A stretch of 63,076 nt of DNA, filler included, from Rhabdomonas costata (GCA_019059605.1; 43 parts of 43 records of this genome joined end to end with filler, not necessarily neighbours in it); one strand, 5' to 3'. Counted from the first letter of the whole stretch, positions 38,501-50,894 are shown. Numbers and translations: made by a program. The notes: generated by a model not told the origin, from the sequence alone.

Positions 38501-38600
38501 CTGGCCGAGCAGACAGTCCATCTTACCAAGCTCCGCAAGCAGATGGAGGACGAGAAGTCTCTTCACGATGCGCACACCCTGCGAGTCTCACGGATGCAAG
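38501..38600 (+). CDS. Putative coiled-coil exon
   Basis: cttctcag acceptor, LAEQTVHLTKLRKQMEDEKSLHDAHTLRVSRMQ, donor AG|GTGCCT. A similar exon-like segment starts at about 39511. Confidence 0.4.
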
Positions 38601-39686
38601 GTGCCTCATCGTCTCTCTCTTTTTTACTTTTGTATGATATGACACATTACATCACACAATTACACATATTCACACACGATATGATATATTTACACACGTT
38701 TGCACATGATATATTTGCACACTTTTGGTGCCGTGGCGGCGTGTATAGTGGTGAGGTGGGAGAGAGTTCCGGCACACAAAGGACACGGTTGTAATGTGAT
38801 CTGTGAAGAGGTCAAGAGTTCCAGGTTGATGTTTCAAGGCATGGTTTGAGATACACCCGACGTTCCACTCAGCGCGTGACGTGGCGCCCGATCAAAATAG
38901 ACTTGTGGGTATCCCCACCTATTTGTTCGAGTATTCAGATATCGATTTTTCTCTGTGACAAATATTCTTGTGTCCGATTCGCCTCACTGCAATTACTTTT
39001 ACTGGTGTGCAGAAGCTGTGGGGCGATTTGAAGACCAGCGGGAGGTGGCCCGCACGGTGTGACCACCCCAACCCCTGTCTTTCTCCACGCCTGTCCCTCT
39101 CTCTGAGCAGTGCTTTCTTCTCTGATGCGTCCACTTTTATGTCTCTGTGTAAGTATTGCCGCTCGGTGCACGGCGCAGTTCCCTTTGGGATACTCATCGT
39201 TTTCAGGGCGGATACCGAAAAGGCACCGGAGTAAATGACCGAGTAAAATTATGAGCTCTTTCACAGATAGCTTTCTGAATGCCTTCCGGATATAATCCGG
39301 CCCAGGATTTTTTACAGCTCAAAATGTTATTATATTTATTAGTTCATTTTCTCCGGTTCCCCCGGTGTAAAAGCGTTATAAAAGACAAAGACAGATTCGG
39401 AAACATCCAATGAAAAAGGAATCGGTTAGGCGTTGCAATTGACCACTGGTGTGCTGGCCCTGCCTCCCCGATCGCCACCACGTCTTCGTTTCTCTGTGCC
39501 CTCCACCTCAGCGGAAAGACAGCAAGGCAAAGGAGATTGCCGCGCTGACCGCCCGGGTTGCGGCAGCCAAGAAGAGCCACACAACANNNNNNNNNNNNNN
39601 NNNNNNNNNNNNNNNNNNNNNNNNNNNNNNTTAATTAATTAANNNNNNNNNNNNNNNNNNNNNNNNNNNNNNNNNNNNNNNNNNNN

Positions 39687-40407
39687 CCTGGTCCGTGAAC
39701 TGCTGGTGCAGCCCAAAGTGGCCGCGGTAGCCCGGGTAGTCAATCGTCTGCATCAGCTGAGGAATAACATCAAGTTTGTTATGTGTGGTGGTTCGTCTGA
39801 GGCTGATTTTTCATATGTATTATATATATGGACGATAATTTCAGTGAGTTTTAAAACGCAAAAAAGTAAGGTAAAATTGCAACGTTCCTTGCTTCAAGTC
39901 ATACGGTCCTAACTTCGAAGAAAGAGCGAAAGAAATCAACGGTAATAGAAGATATGGTTCGTCCAACAAGGGAGCTTCAAACAACGAACTTGAATTATCC
40001 ATTCTGATGCACAGGGTATTCGTTAGACCGGAATGGCTCCAAAGACGTTTTATTCTCCTGGAGGAAAGAGAAAGAAGAACCAGATGCTACAGATACATTA
40101 GGGTATTTATCCAAAAATAGCTCAAATGTTGAATATAAAACTCTCACATACTGAAAGGAACGACAGGACAGTTCGGATGCAATTAAAAGAAAAGGCAATG
40201 CATGAGCCGGATAAAAACACGGACTTGAATGAAATGCGAAGGCAGAGAAACACGAGCTAGACAACGGGAACATGCCATTTGCTCGCACTCGAAGTGGTCG
40301 CCGCAGTAGTCCACCAGCCCCTTCAGCACCTTTGTCACCATCGCCGTGTCGGCTTGGGACACCACGGCGAGCCGAAGGTCCTCAATCATCTCAAATAGCC
40401 TCAGGTG
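39687..40407 (-). CDS. Hemerythrin domain; exons 40407-40276 and 39756-39687 (partial)
   Basis: HLRLFEMIEDL...LVDYCGDHFECEQM|LMQTIDYPGYRGHFGLHQQF matches H...HFxxEExLMxxxxYPxxxxHxxxHxxF. Confidence 0.92.
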
Positions 40408-41155
40408 CTGCGAAGAAAGCGAGTAAAACAATAGTCAGTGGCTTTTAACTATGTGTCATTTTCAAAACACGTCAACTCCTTTTCTGCCGATGATTCCAAT
40501 GGATCACCGCCTCCACGCTCTACACAGTCAAACAACGGGTGTGACCGGATGTCCAAGCACACACATCTGCCATTTCTTGTCTCTGACATCCTATTCCTAG
40601 GTTTCTGCTTCTTCCCACCTCTGGGAAGTGTTGCTCTTCACGGAGCATCTGGACCTAGCGACGTCCATCCATCTTTGTCTTTGTCTAACCTCTCCCCAAC
40701 TTGTTTCCCTGCTCGCTCCTGCTCCCTGTCCTGGCATTTCTGCTGTGATGCTGTCCTCCTCTTTTCTCTGCCAGTGCCCGCATCGCCCAAAATCTTTGGA
40801 CGAAGAATGTAAAACTGCTGAAGAGTGATGGTGCTACAGCTGGCTGCTTGCTGGCGATACTCTCAATATTCTTTTTTTTTCGTTCTTTTATTGCTCTTTT
40901 TTTAGTTCTGTTCCTTTGGATTTTCGGTGTTTGGAAACTGTAAAAAGGAAGACCAACGCAAAAGACAGAACAGCACAAGCGGTTCGCAGCAGTCCTAGGG
41001 ACTGTACCACACCAAGAAAAACAAGGTCGAAGAACCCGCCTAAAAGATGACATGANNNNNNNNNNNNNNNNNNNNNNNNNNNNNNNNNNNNNNNNNNNNT
41101 TAATTAATTAANNNNNNNNNNNNNNNNNNNNNNNNNNNNNNNNNNNNNNNNNNNN

Positions 41156-42255
41156 TCCGAGAGAATCGTGATAATCTGGATGAAGGCCTGCTGGATCCGA
41201 TTGGGGTTGGGCTGGGTCTTCAGGTACTCCACCTCCTCGAACTGCAGCGTGGCGATGGCCTCGGCGCATTTCGTTGCGACGGCCTTTGCGTTTTGCATTC
41301 ACAGAAACTGTGGAGGAGGGACCTAATCCGTGGGCAGATAAAGAGATTCTCGTCGAGGCAACCTGTGTAAGTATGGGAGTTCTGCTACACAAAATCAACG
41401 AGAGAGCTGCGAAAGTTGCGGAGGGCGTAGTTCTGGGATGTAATTGGGTGGGGCAAGTGCAAGCCCCAAACGACTAGGCATGCCCTCCTCCCACCTAGCA
41501 CCACTGCTGCCTTAACCACTCCAAAATGCGCTACCCGCCAGTGGAAGTGTTGATGCGAGTGTCCTTCTTGATGTGCGGGAGCACGCATTCTCGGGAGCAC
41601 GCATTCTGCCTTCTGGCTGACAGAGAGGTTACTTTTCACTAGTCACTTAATTCCAAAGCGCCCTCTCTCACGCAAACAATGAGCGTGCCTCATTGGAGTA
41701 CAGCTTCCGCATCTCCCGGTAGTTCTTCGACAGCCTCCACCCTGCCACCAAGGCGGCTGCCACCATCAGCCCCACAATCGGAAGCACAAACACCAGGACG
41801 TTGCTGGACGAGGAGCTGGCCTCAAAAAAGGGCCGGAAGCTCACCCCACATTCTGAGAAGGTGAACTGGTCGACAGTTGCTGCAGCCGAGCCGATGAAGC
41901 CCTGATCGCTCAGATACGCATAGGGCAATGAAGAGGAGGTTGTTGGGGCAGAGAGCCACACTTGGCGCAGCCCACAGTTGCAGTCGCAGTTCTGCTGCGA
42001 CGAGCAGACGGTGTCCAGGAAGGGGCCCAAGGTGAGGCCCTCCACCTCCATCGAAGTCGTACGGTAAACTGAGTCCAGCAGCGCAGAGGAACTGAGCTGA
42101 CCCACTCGTATGTTGGTCAGGGCCAAAAGGGCAAACTTGGAAACCAAATATCCCTCCAGAGAGGAGACATCTGAAGTCTGGTTCGTATTGGTCGTGGCGT
42201 TGGCGTAATTGCGAACGATAGCATCGGTACTGCTGGTGGTGGGTACAGGCATCAC
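41156..42255 (-). CDS. Receptor-type protein with a periplasmic-binding-protein-like ectodomain and single TM, euglenozoan receptor adenylate cyclase-like; exons 42255-41689 and 41283-41156
   Basis: VMPVP...SLEGYL...LTLGPF...C...CDCNCGLRQVW resembles the end of trypanosomatid receptor cyclase ectodomains. It is followed by TM VLVFVLPIVGLMVAAALVAGW and a juxtamembrane helical segment. The catalytic domain is not in the contig. Confidence 0.7.
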
Positions 42256-43009
42256 CTGCGTGCGGGTGAGCGGGGAAAAGATCAGTGCAAACGCTTGCTG
42301 CACCGGATACTATGAAATCGCAGGGCAGGGTCTGGAACACACATTAATTACAATACACAATATTCTAGGCACAACGCTTCCGAGAAAAACACAGGAACGA
42401 TAAAGAAAATCAGAACAGGCAAAAAAACCTGACTCATCACTAAATTGCTCATAGAAATCCCTTGAGTAACCATCAGACGCTGGAAGATCATGGGACCCGT
42501 GCCGGAGAGCAGACCAACAACAANNNNNNNNNNNNNNNNNNNNNNNNNNNNNNNNNNNNNNNNNNNNTTAATTAATTAANNNNNNNNNNNNNNNNNNNNN
42601 NNNNNNNNNNNNNNNNNNNNNNNGGGTTTTTTGTGACTGAGTTGACATCAGCACTACTGCGTTTTACAGTGACTTAGCTGCATCTGTACGCTAAATGCAA
42701 CACTTCAGGATACAGCGCTGGCAAAGTCAAAGTCATGATCTTTGGACGACACGTTGCACATGTCTGTTGTTTTCTTAGAGGTGAATATCTCTCACATTCT
42801 GAATGAGACTTACCAGAAGTGCTGTTTGTTGGAAGCCGTGTTTTATGCAGTTATTGTTTCCAGGGGTTCTGGAGTACGCACAAAGATGTAGAATCCGATT
42901 ACAGTTTGGTTTTCTTTAGGCTTCTCGCTTTTTTGGTCACAATTCCAGGTGTAGGTTGCAACATGAGCTATGGACCGTGGAGCTGGTGTAAGCTGTCATG
43001 GCGGAATGG

Positions 43010-43600
43010 GTGAACGCTCCTCCACTAGAACACAGGTATACCTTTGGCTGTTTTGAAGTCCCTACCGGATTACGCCTTGGTACTCATCTCCGATCTGTTT
43101 AACCTGGTGGAAAAAGATTGTCACGTGCCTGACAAAATGCTTAGTGCCTACGTCTCCATACATTTGTACTCGTCCAGAGAACCAACTTCCCTTCACTGCG
43201 GTGATGTGTTGTGCCACACGTGGCCAAGGTTACTTGTTACTGCTGGTCCATGGTAGTTCAGGGCTCATATTTTGGTTCTCATGTTATGGGTCATTATGTT
43301 AAACATGGTGCAGCTTCTTACCGACGGCATCGAGATCCAGAGGCGGCAAGGAAAACCTCTTTGCCTCGTCATATTTGATGTGGCCAAACGTTTTCCTTCC
43401 GTTAAGTTGTTGGCAGACTTTGGGGTAATTGATGAAACGGAAATGTCCACGGTAGTTAGTGGGTGCTTATGCACTTTAATGCCCATTTTAGGCTTTTTCT
43501 ACGCCCACGTTGGTGGTTCTGAATGAAACATGGCCAATGGGAGCTCCCAGTGATGGCCGTTTATCCTTAAACTCATGAACCTCATCTTTTCACCGCTGTC
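43010..43600 (+). mobile_element. Decayed non-LTR (LINE-like) reverse transcriptase remnant
   Basis: LKSLPDYALVLISDLFNLVEKDCHVPDKMLSAYV and GKPLCLVIFDVAKRFPSV resemble RT domain 0/1 and the DxxKAFDSV motif. The region is broken by stops and frameshifts. Confidence 0.6.
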
Positions 43601-44216
43601 CTGGAGGTAACTCAGCAAGTGGGAGCCCGCATGCACAAATTCTACCTTGCGTCCAGCAACTGCGCTGAAAATGTGTGACTCGTTTCCACTTATTTACAAA
43701 ACGTGGAGTCTCTGGTGGATGCACACCATATTTGGTGTAAGTTGTTTTGTGTGAAACTCCAACTTGGAAAAAATGAGCTCTGGTGTTCTGAGCTCCAAGC
43801 TTACCTGCGGATAACCATTACTGTGGACTCGGTCTTTCTTGAACGTGCTACACTTGTCACTTTTCGCATGATGTGTATCGATATTGACAATGAGGCGGCT
43901 GCGACATCCTCCAACATAGCACCTCACCATAGTACTTCCATTCTTTATCTGGTCATCTACGGCTGCCAGGTGCTAAATATCTCCAACCAACANNNNNNNN
44001 NNNNNNNNNNNNNNNNNNNNNNNNNNNNNNNNNNNNTTAATTAATTAANNNNNNNNNNNNNNNNNNNNNNNNNNNNNNNNNNNNNNNNNNNNTTTGTTTC
44101 ACACATACCTATTGCAATTCAATCCAGGGAACTGCAATAGGTATGTGTGAAACAAGATGGACCGGAAGAAGCAATACGATCCCTCCGAGTCGAAAAAGTT
44201 CTGCGATGCGGTTTAC

Positions 44217-45459
44217 TTTGCAGACGAGCCGTTGCACGAACACAAGCGCAAAACCTCGAGCGGCCACACGAGGAGCAACTCGGAGGGAGATCTGGCGGTC
44301 GTCAACCTCTACCACGACCAGCGACTTGCCTCCCACCTGACAGTTTGAAGACGACAGAAGACAGGAAGAACAGAAATACGCATCCCTGCGTAGGCGCAGC
44401 GCACCGCCAGTGTGCAGCGGTGCTGCGAACGTGAAATGAAAAACAAGTGCCGCGTCTCGTGCTCGGAAAGCCACAAAAAATAAAGTGGGCAAAGGGGGTG
44501 GACAGAAAGCAACAGCCATTGCGGTACCTTCCACACGATGAGATGCCATTGCCCGTCGTACAAACCGACGTTGGCGTCAACGTCCAGCAGGCGCCCCTCC
44601 GGGTCGGTCACAAAAAAACGTGTCAGCCCCTGGCCCACCCAATGCAAGGTACGCAACAAGTCACTCTCTTCGGTCTTTTTTATAAATCCGTATAAGACTT
44701 CGAAGTGTGACGATTGTTGCATGTCAAACGTGAAGCTCGGGGACAATCTGAGTGCAGTGTGGATGAGCAAGGTGAGAGACACCTTGGCGTAGTTTACAGA
44801 GGTACAGCTGTCGGTCGGGTGGGCACAGTTTGCGAGGATTCCAATGCTGGAGACCCCGCGCTCGGAAACCTCCTTAGCCATCAGAATCGCCATCACTCGC
44901 GAGGTGACCGCTGTCTGAGAATGCGCAGGCAGGGAGGTTGCTCACCCGAAAATGGAACAAAACGAAGCAGAGAGCAAAGATGAAGCCGATGCGTCTGTAA
45001 GACCGTTACTATGCTAAGCACAGAATGGTCCCCTCCTCCGATCCCTGCGTTCAAAGAAGCCATTGTGAAAGAACTATCTACCGCAGCTCGGACACGGGAG
45101 AAATGGTGGGCGGCAACCGAAAAATCAAAGAGGAATCGCAAGTATTAAGAATGGAGAAAAGGATTTCAAGACTACCCATTGCCAAGGAGAAGTAACTCAA
45201 GCATGTCCTTTGGAGGGTGTGATTCCGCGGGGAAGCAGAGCCTGGCGTTCCACAACCGGGGACCCATTTCACACCCCAATTCCAAGTAGTTCCTCGGCGC
45301 CCATGCCATTTTTCATTTCACCACCACCTCGAACTCCGCCACTATTTTCCATTCTTCTTCTTCTTCTAAAACACTCCCGTGCGCGCACCTTCACCCATAG
45401 GCTGAGCCGAAACTCCCCAAGGTGCAGCCCCAGCTTGGGAACCGGAACCACACAAACAC
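44217..45459 (-). CDS. Concanavalin A-like/LamG-fold protein; exons 45459-45389, 44914-44783, 44629-44528, 44336-~44217
   Basis: Spliced FRLSLWVK|TAVTSR...GLTRFFVTD...LYDGQWHLIVWK|V...VEVDD. The WVKT and DGQWH motifs fit LamG-like domains, and there are three phase-0 GT-AG introns. Confidence 0.6.
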
Positions 45460-46299
45460 NNNNNNNNNNNNNNNNNNNNNNNNNNNNNNNNNNNNNNNNN
45501 NNNTTAATTAATTAANNNNNNNNNNNNNNNNNNNNNNNNNNNNNNNNNNNNNNNNNNNNGTGTTGGTTACATACTCGCGTATGCTCCTTGAATGTGTAAG
45601 ATAGAATAATGATAACCAACTCACTGCTTTTGTGGAGCCACTGGTATTTGCTTGTCGTAATCTGCGCATATTCCATAAATGTGATGTGACAACAGCTCCA
45701 TGGAGTCCACCACTGCTTTCTGACGCGCCTAGCGCATAATCTGCACACATGGGAGCAGAAGCAGAACGGCACGACGGAGAATGATCCGGAGACCACGCAA
45801 GAGCTCAGAAAGGTGTCCTTTTACACCACTGGGACAGCATCTCATCAGAACAAGGAAGAAACAACAGCAGTTTTTACTATTTGGGCCTATTTGAGCATCA
45901 TGGTGCTTATGAAACGTTGAGCTTTATAACCCCAAGCGCCTTTCCTCTCGGCAACCAGCGGTACAAAGTCACAACCTGCCGCAGAGCAGCCACCACTGTA
46001 ACTCTTCACTTTCTGTAATCGTCTTCCCCTCCGGACACGGAGGGCCTTTGGTGGTGAGCGATACCGAGATGGTGCACGACCAAAACATCTAGCGCCAACG
46101 GACGTGTCCACCAGCTGTAAGAAACGAATATGTCAGGCTGGCTGTTACCCGAGAAGGGCATGGGAACTTTAAAATGGAACACAAAGACCGCCTTCTACAG
46201 CGCTGAGACAAACACATCACGAAAGGCATTGTGCCGAAACCAGAGGCCGGAGGCGCTGCAGCAAATAACATGGTTGCAGGAGGTCTGAGGACACTAAGC

Positions 46300-46860
46300 A
46301 GGCCGAGAAATTGCCTGAAGTACATAGCTGGATGCAGAACTTTTGCAGAACTAATGCTTGAGGAGGCAACGAACAAGATGTCTCCAGGCACGACCCGCAG
46401 ATGACCCTTCAAAGCTGGAGCCAGAGCCAGTTGCGGTAAGTGTGCCATCGCTTGGTTAGCAATGAAATCCACAAAATCAAATGGAAGCCCCAGATGGTAG
46501 GTCACATTAGCAGCACTAGACAATGTTAGACAATTTCTAGCAATGAGGCTTTCTCAATAAATGCAGTGAGGCTTCGACAGTTTCTGCGGCGCCGTTTTCA
46601 ACTTGCCAAGGAATTTATCCAGAAAAGAACCAGAGAAGCATGGTTTCACTAAAGACACTCCGAAAAGCTTAATGCAAACAGACCGTGGTACAACGGGATT
46701 TTTGGCATCTGCAGCAGTTCCAACGCGGGGCTTCCACAGCGAAGTATTGACTTTTCTTTGATCGCTTGAAGATGCTCATTGAGTCCGGGTGTGGCCCCGC
46801 ATAGGGAGAGGTCGTCCAAATAGCACGCCGTCAAGGTGGAAAGCAATATTTCTGATCTAA
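46300..46860 (-). mobile_element. Decayed non-LTR retrotransposon RT remnant (YLDD type, CRE/SLACS-like)
   Basis: ACYLDDLSLCG is followed, after frameshifts, by VTYHLGLPF and AMAHLPQLAL, in the order expected downstream of RT motif C. Confidence 0.5.
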
Positions 46861-46923
46861 ATTTGTATAAAAAAATTTAGATCAGAAATATTGCTTTCCA
46901 CCTTGACGGCGTGCTATTTGGAC
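46814..46923. repeat. 51-bp terminal fold-back palindrome
   Basis: 46814-46864 is the reverse complement of 46873-46923, at the contig end. Confidence 0.9.
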
Positions 46924-47230
46924 CACCCNNNNNNNNNNNNNNNNNNNNNNNNNNNNNNNNNNNNNNNNNNNNTTAATTAATTAANNNNNNNNNNNNNNNN
47001 NNNNNNNNNNNNNNNNNNNNNNNNNNNNGGGGGGGGGTGGAGGAAAAAGCTGCCAAGGGCAACACTAAAGAACGCAGACGCGCACTGGGATCCGGCTATC
47101 AAGAGGGAGCATCGGGACACACGGGAGCACGCGGAGACGAGGCACATGCACATTGGGACACTACCCGATTTTGTTTTGCGTTCCATCTGCTCTGCAATAA
47201 TGTATGCGTTGTTCAAATGGTTTGCTTTTA

Positions 47231-48212
47231 GCGGAAGTTTTGAAGGATGTGAACTGGGCTTACGTGGCTGAGGATTTTGAAGCCTTTGGGAGGATATTCA
47301 TGGACAACCCGATTGTATGGGTCACCCAGGCGCCGCGCCACCTGAATTGCTGCGATCGGCCGCACCAGCCAGTGGCTGGAATAAACCTCGAGCAATATCG
47401 GGAGTTTGTTGCGCGTGAATCAGGTGACAATGTTACGATACTTCGGCGGAATTTGCTCCAGGTGTGGCTCGAGAACGACCAGCGGAGCGCCTGTCCTTTG
47501 GCTGCTTTTCTTGCATTTTGGGTTCGGTGAAACTGCCCCCTGGCGGCGACATTGTGTTTGATGGAAGGTCCATATTACATAATGCAAATTATTAAAGTAA
47601 CAAGGCTCTCGATGCCCAAAGCGTGCTTCCATCTTTCATCTTTATCACAGTAATTGCAAAAGAGAATATGATTTATATTGCCATGTCGAAAGTCGCTGCC
47701 TGAAAGTTAGATAGACGGCAAGGGAGGCAACGGACGGAAGTTGGATGGAACAAAGGTAACGGTGTTGAGATTACCACTTATTTGTGATTGCCCCAACTGA
47801 TAAGGGACAGTATTTTAGTAGTTTGTTTTTGTTTGCGTGTATGTTTGTGCGATCAAAAGACGGAAAGGGACACATGCGTTAAGGAACTTGATGATGAGCA
47901 GAACGCTGCCCATAACCTAAGACATGCGCAGCCTAGTGATGTGGGGGTGTTGAGGTATCGACTTACCAGCACCCCATGATGTGCCGCCTAGTTTTAAACA
48001 CACACTCTCGTTTTGATTTTGCGCAGGTGCCGTGGCAGCCGAAGCGCACGGTACTGGACGTGGAGCCTCTGCTTCTGTCACGCCCAGACATGCATGTGAT
48101 GCGGCGAGGTAACCACAGACGTACAAAGTGTGACTGCGTGCACTTCTGTGTGACGCCCAGCGTCCTCGACACTGTCGTTGAGATGCTGTTCAACGTGCTG
48201 CGGTTCCTGTAA
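47231..48212 (+). CDS. Several short putative exons of an unassigned gene
   Basis: AG/GT-bounded segments such as EVLKDVNWAYVAEDFEAFGRIFMDNPI and VPWQPKRTVLDVEPLLLSRPDMHVMRR. The full exon structure is unresolved. Confidence 0.3.
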
Positions 48213-49275
48213 ACGCTGCTCTGGAGTGCCTTCCAGGGTTTCCAGAAGTGCCGGGAACCCTCTGTATCACTCCTGTGAAGTGATGGGGCGACTGGAAAGG
48301 TGACCACATACAGTGGGCTCGAGAAGCTCAGAATCACACCAGGGAATGGTGCGCGCATTCCCGGGCAGGCCAAAACCCCACACCACCAAACAAACAANNN
48401 NNNNNNNNNNNNNNNNNNNNNNNNNNNNNNNNNNNNNNNNNTTAATTAATTAANNNNNNNNNNNNNNNNNNNNNNNNNNNNNNNNNNNNNNNNNNNNTGT
48501 TGGGAAGGAAAATGAAAAGAAGCGATGAATAACAGTCAGCAACGTGCAGGTACGACAGTATAAAAATTGGAGATGGGCACAAGTTTGCAACAAAAAGATA
48601 AACTAAAATACACAGGGCTGATGAAGACATGACATAAAAGGCAAAAATGTGAAAGGAAGGTGAAAGGAAGGCTTGACGAAAGTACGGGAGTCAGCTGCCG
48701 TGGTGAGTACAGCGGTGAAGAAGCAGCAGGAAGGAGGTCATAGGGAAAGAATAGAAAACTCACTGGAACTAACGCGTGCGTGCATAATATAAAAACAATT
48801 TTGTCCAATGCTTTCGAGGCGATTCAAAGGGCTCCAAACGCGCGTTTCTGGAATACTCTGTGGGACGCTTCCCGATTGGCAGAACATAACACACAACAAT
48901 TTGGCGAAGATGGTCGCCTTAAGTTGGCCAATCTAAAAAATGTTAAGATGTGAAGGCACATCAAAACCCCGCGCGTGGGGAGGAGATCGACTTTACTCGA
49001 ATCAGACATCAAGAGGAATACAAAGGCGGCTTTTTCTTGTTCCCACCTGAGCGAAAATTTCTCGTCAGCTTTCCTCACAATCAGGCCAGTGCAATGCACA
49101 AAATGTTGCTAGAAAACGCGAGCGGCACCATCACCGTCGCAAATGACACCCTGCAAAAAATCAGTGTCAAAAACTTTTCCGGTGTACATGGGCATCCGAT
49201 TCGTCGCTGTCGGAGTCAAAAGCCCAAGACTGTGGACTCTCAAGCGAAGGCTTGGCCTTCGGTGGGACCTGTTTT

Positions 49276-49601
49276 TGAGATAATGTACACGAGTCGTCCA
49301 ACTTGACTGGGCGGTTTGCATGCTCACCAACGGTGCTGATGGAGCCGTTGGGCTCCATGGCCACCCAGTCTTCACTTTTGACAGAAAGCACTCGGTGAGG
49401 TCCACTGGCGGCCTGCGACAGAACTGATGCGGGAGCACCACTGATAAGATCGAGAGAGCAGTAAAAACCGGTCTCCAGGTCTTCCAGAGGCCCCACACTT
49501 CTGCGAGACAGCAAGTATTCAACCGCCTGGTCCAGGCTACGAAGCTTCCCGCGGGGCAGCCCATTCGCAAAATGGCAGCAGACAGCAGTGTCTGCCGCAG
49601 C
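49276..49601 (-). CDS. Putative exon of an unassigned protein
   Basis: Open frame after a ttttgcag acceptor: AAADTAVCCHFANGLPRGKLRSLDQAVEYLL... The 3' boundary is approximate. Confidence 0.35.
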
Positions 49602-50336
49602 CTGCAAAACAGACCCACATTCACAAACAGATAAAAAGAAATTAAAATATAAAACGCAGAAAACGCAGAAACGCAGTTTTGCGTTGTCCAAAATCGGAGT
49701 AGAGAAGCCCTGAGTCTTCAATCAGAAAAACATTTCCATCGAACGTTTTCACATTAGTTCGAAACATAGCACGACGAGGCTGAGTAAATATGGACAAACC
49801 GCCTCAAAAAATATAAGAAAAAAGAGACCACCAACCATTTCCAGCAGCGGCAACATTAACGATGCGNNNNNNNNNNNNNNNNNNNNNNNNNNNNNNNNNN
49901 NNNNNNNNNNTTAATTAATTAANNNNNNNNNNNNNNNNNNNNNNNNNNNNNNNNNNNNNNNNNNNNTTTTGTCCTCAATCATTTTTTCTTAGTACCTTTC
50001 ATTTCTCGCGGTGTAGGGATTTTTGCTCGGACGTCTGCGGCGGTTGACATCAAGATGGACCCTGAGGGTATGACTTACAACTCCATTTAGGTTCATCCGA
50101 AGCCATTTAGGTGCGTCTGAAGCAGTACACACAGCCACAGCCACAGCCACGGTGCTCCAGTGAGTCTCGAAAGTGCTGATGATGAGTCAATGAGCCCCCA
50201 TTCCGCCATTTTCTCTCCTAAAATGGCGAAGATCAACGGCCAAAACACCGCAGTGGAAACAGGCAGTTTGTGTGCAGAACATGGACTGGACATGCACAAC
50301 AACAAAACACCTTCACGTGAACATCAAAACTGATGC

Positions 50337-50623
50337 TGCGGCATTATGGGGACCCCCCCTCCCCTCCTATCAATCCATTTTGGGGACCCTAGAAGATGCA
50401 CGCCTCGTCCACCTTTTATCACATGACAGAAGCTGTCGCAGGGGTTAGGGAGCGATGTGCGTATACCCCATATGCATGTGAGTGCGAGGGGGGGGGGGTG
50501 CAGAGCCCCCCCGCGCAACACACCCTCAATGCATGGTTGGGTCCGTAAAATGCACCGTAAACACGAGGGGGGGGGACCCCCAAAATGGATTTGATAGGAG
50601 GAGGGCGTCCCCATAATCCCGTA
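50337..50623. mobile_element. Putative MITE with ~45-bp imperfect terminal inverted repeats
   Basis: ATTATGGGGAC...CTCCTATCAATCCATTTTGGGG (50343-50385) is mirrored at 50577-50617. It is internal to the contig, non-coding, and has TA at the right flank. Confidence 0.6.
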
Positions 50624-50894
50624 CGCTTCAAAACCAGTGACACAACCAGAAACCAAGATTTGACTTCTCAATGTTTTTGTCCAATACCACACACACTAGC
50701 GGCTTTCAGGAAACGGAAAAAATTATTCTCACTGTCGATCAGGTAACTGTGGCTGAGGGATAGGAGAGGGTGGGTATGTACAGCAGTGAGTGGAGGAAAG
50801 GAGCAAGAGTTTGGAGGACAAGGGAGGGTGTGGGTCCATCCGACATTTGAAAGGTACGTTCAGGCAGCGCGAGAAGTGCAGAAAACGAAGAGTC

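Noticed and set aside
39687..42522. Hemerythrin next to a receptor cyclase as an oxygen-sensing gene cluster or fusion
   Set aside because: They are on separate contigs joined by an artificial spacer, so there is no linkage evidence.
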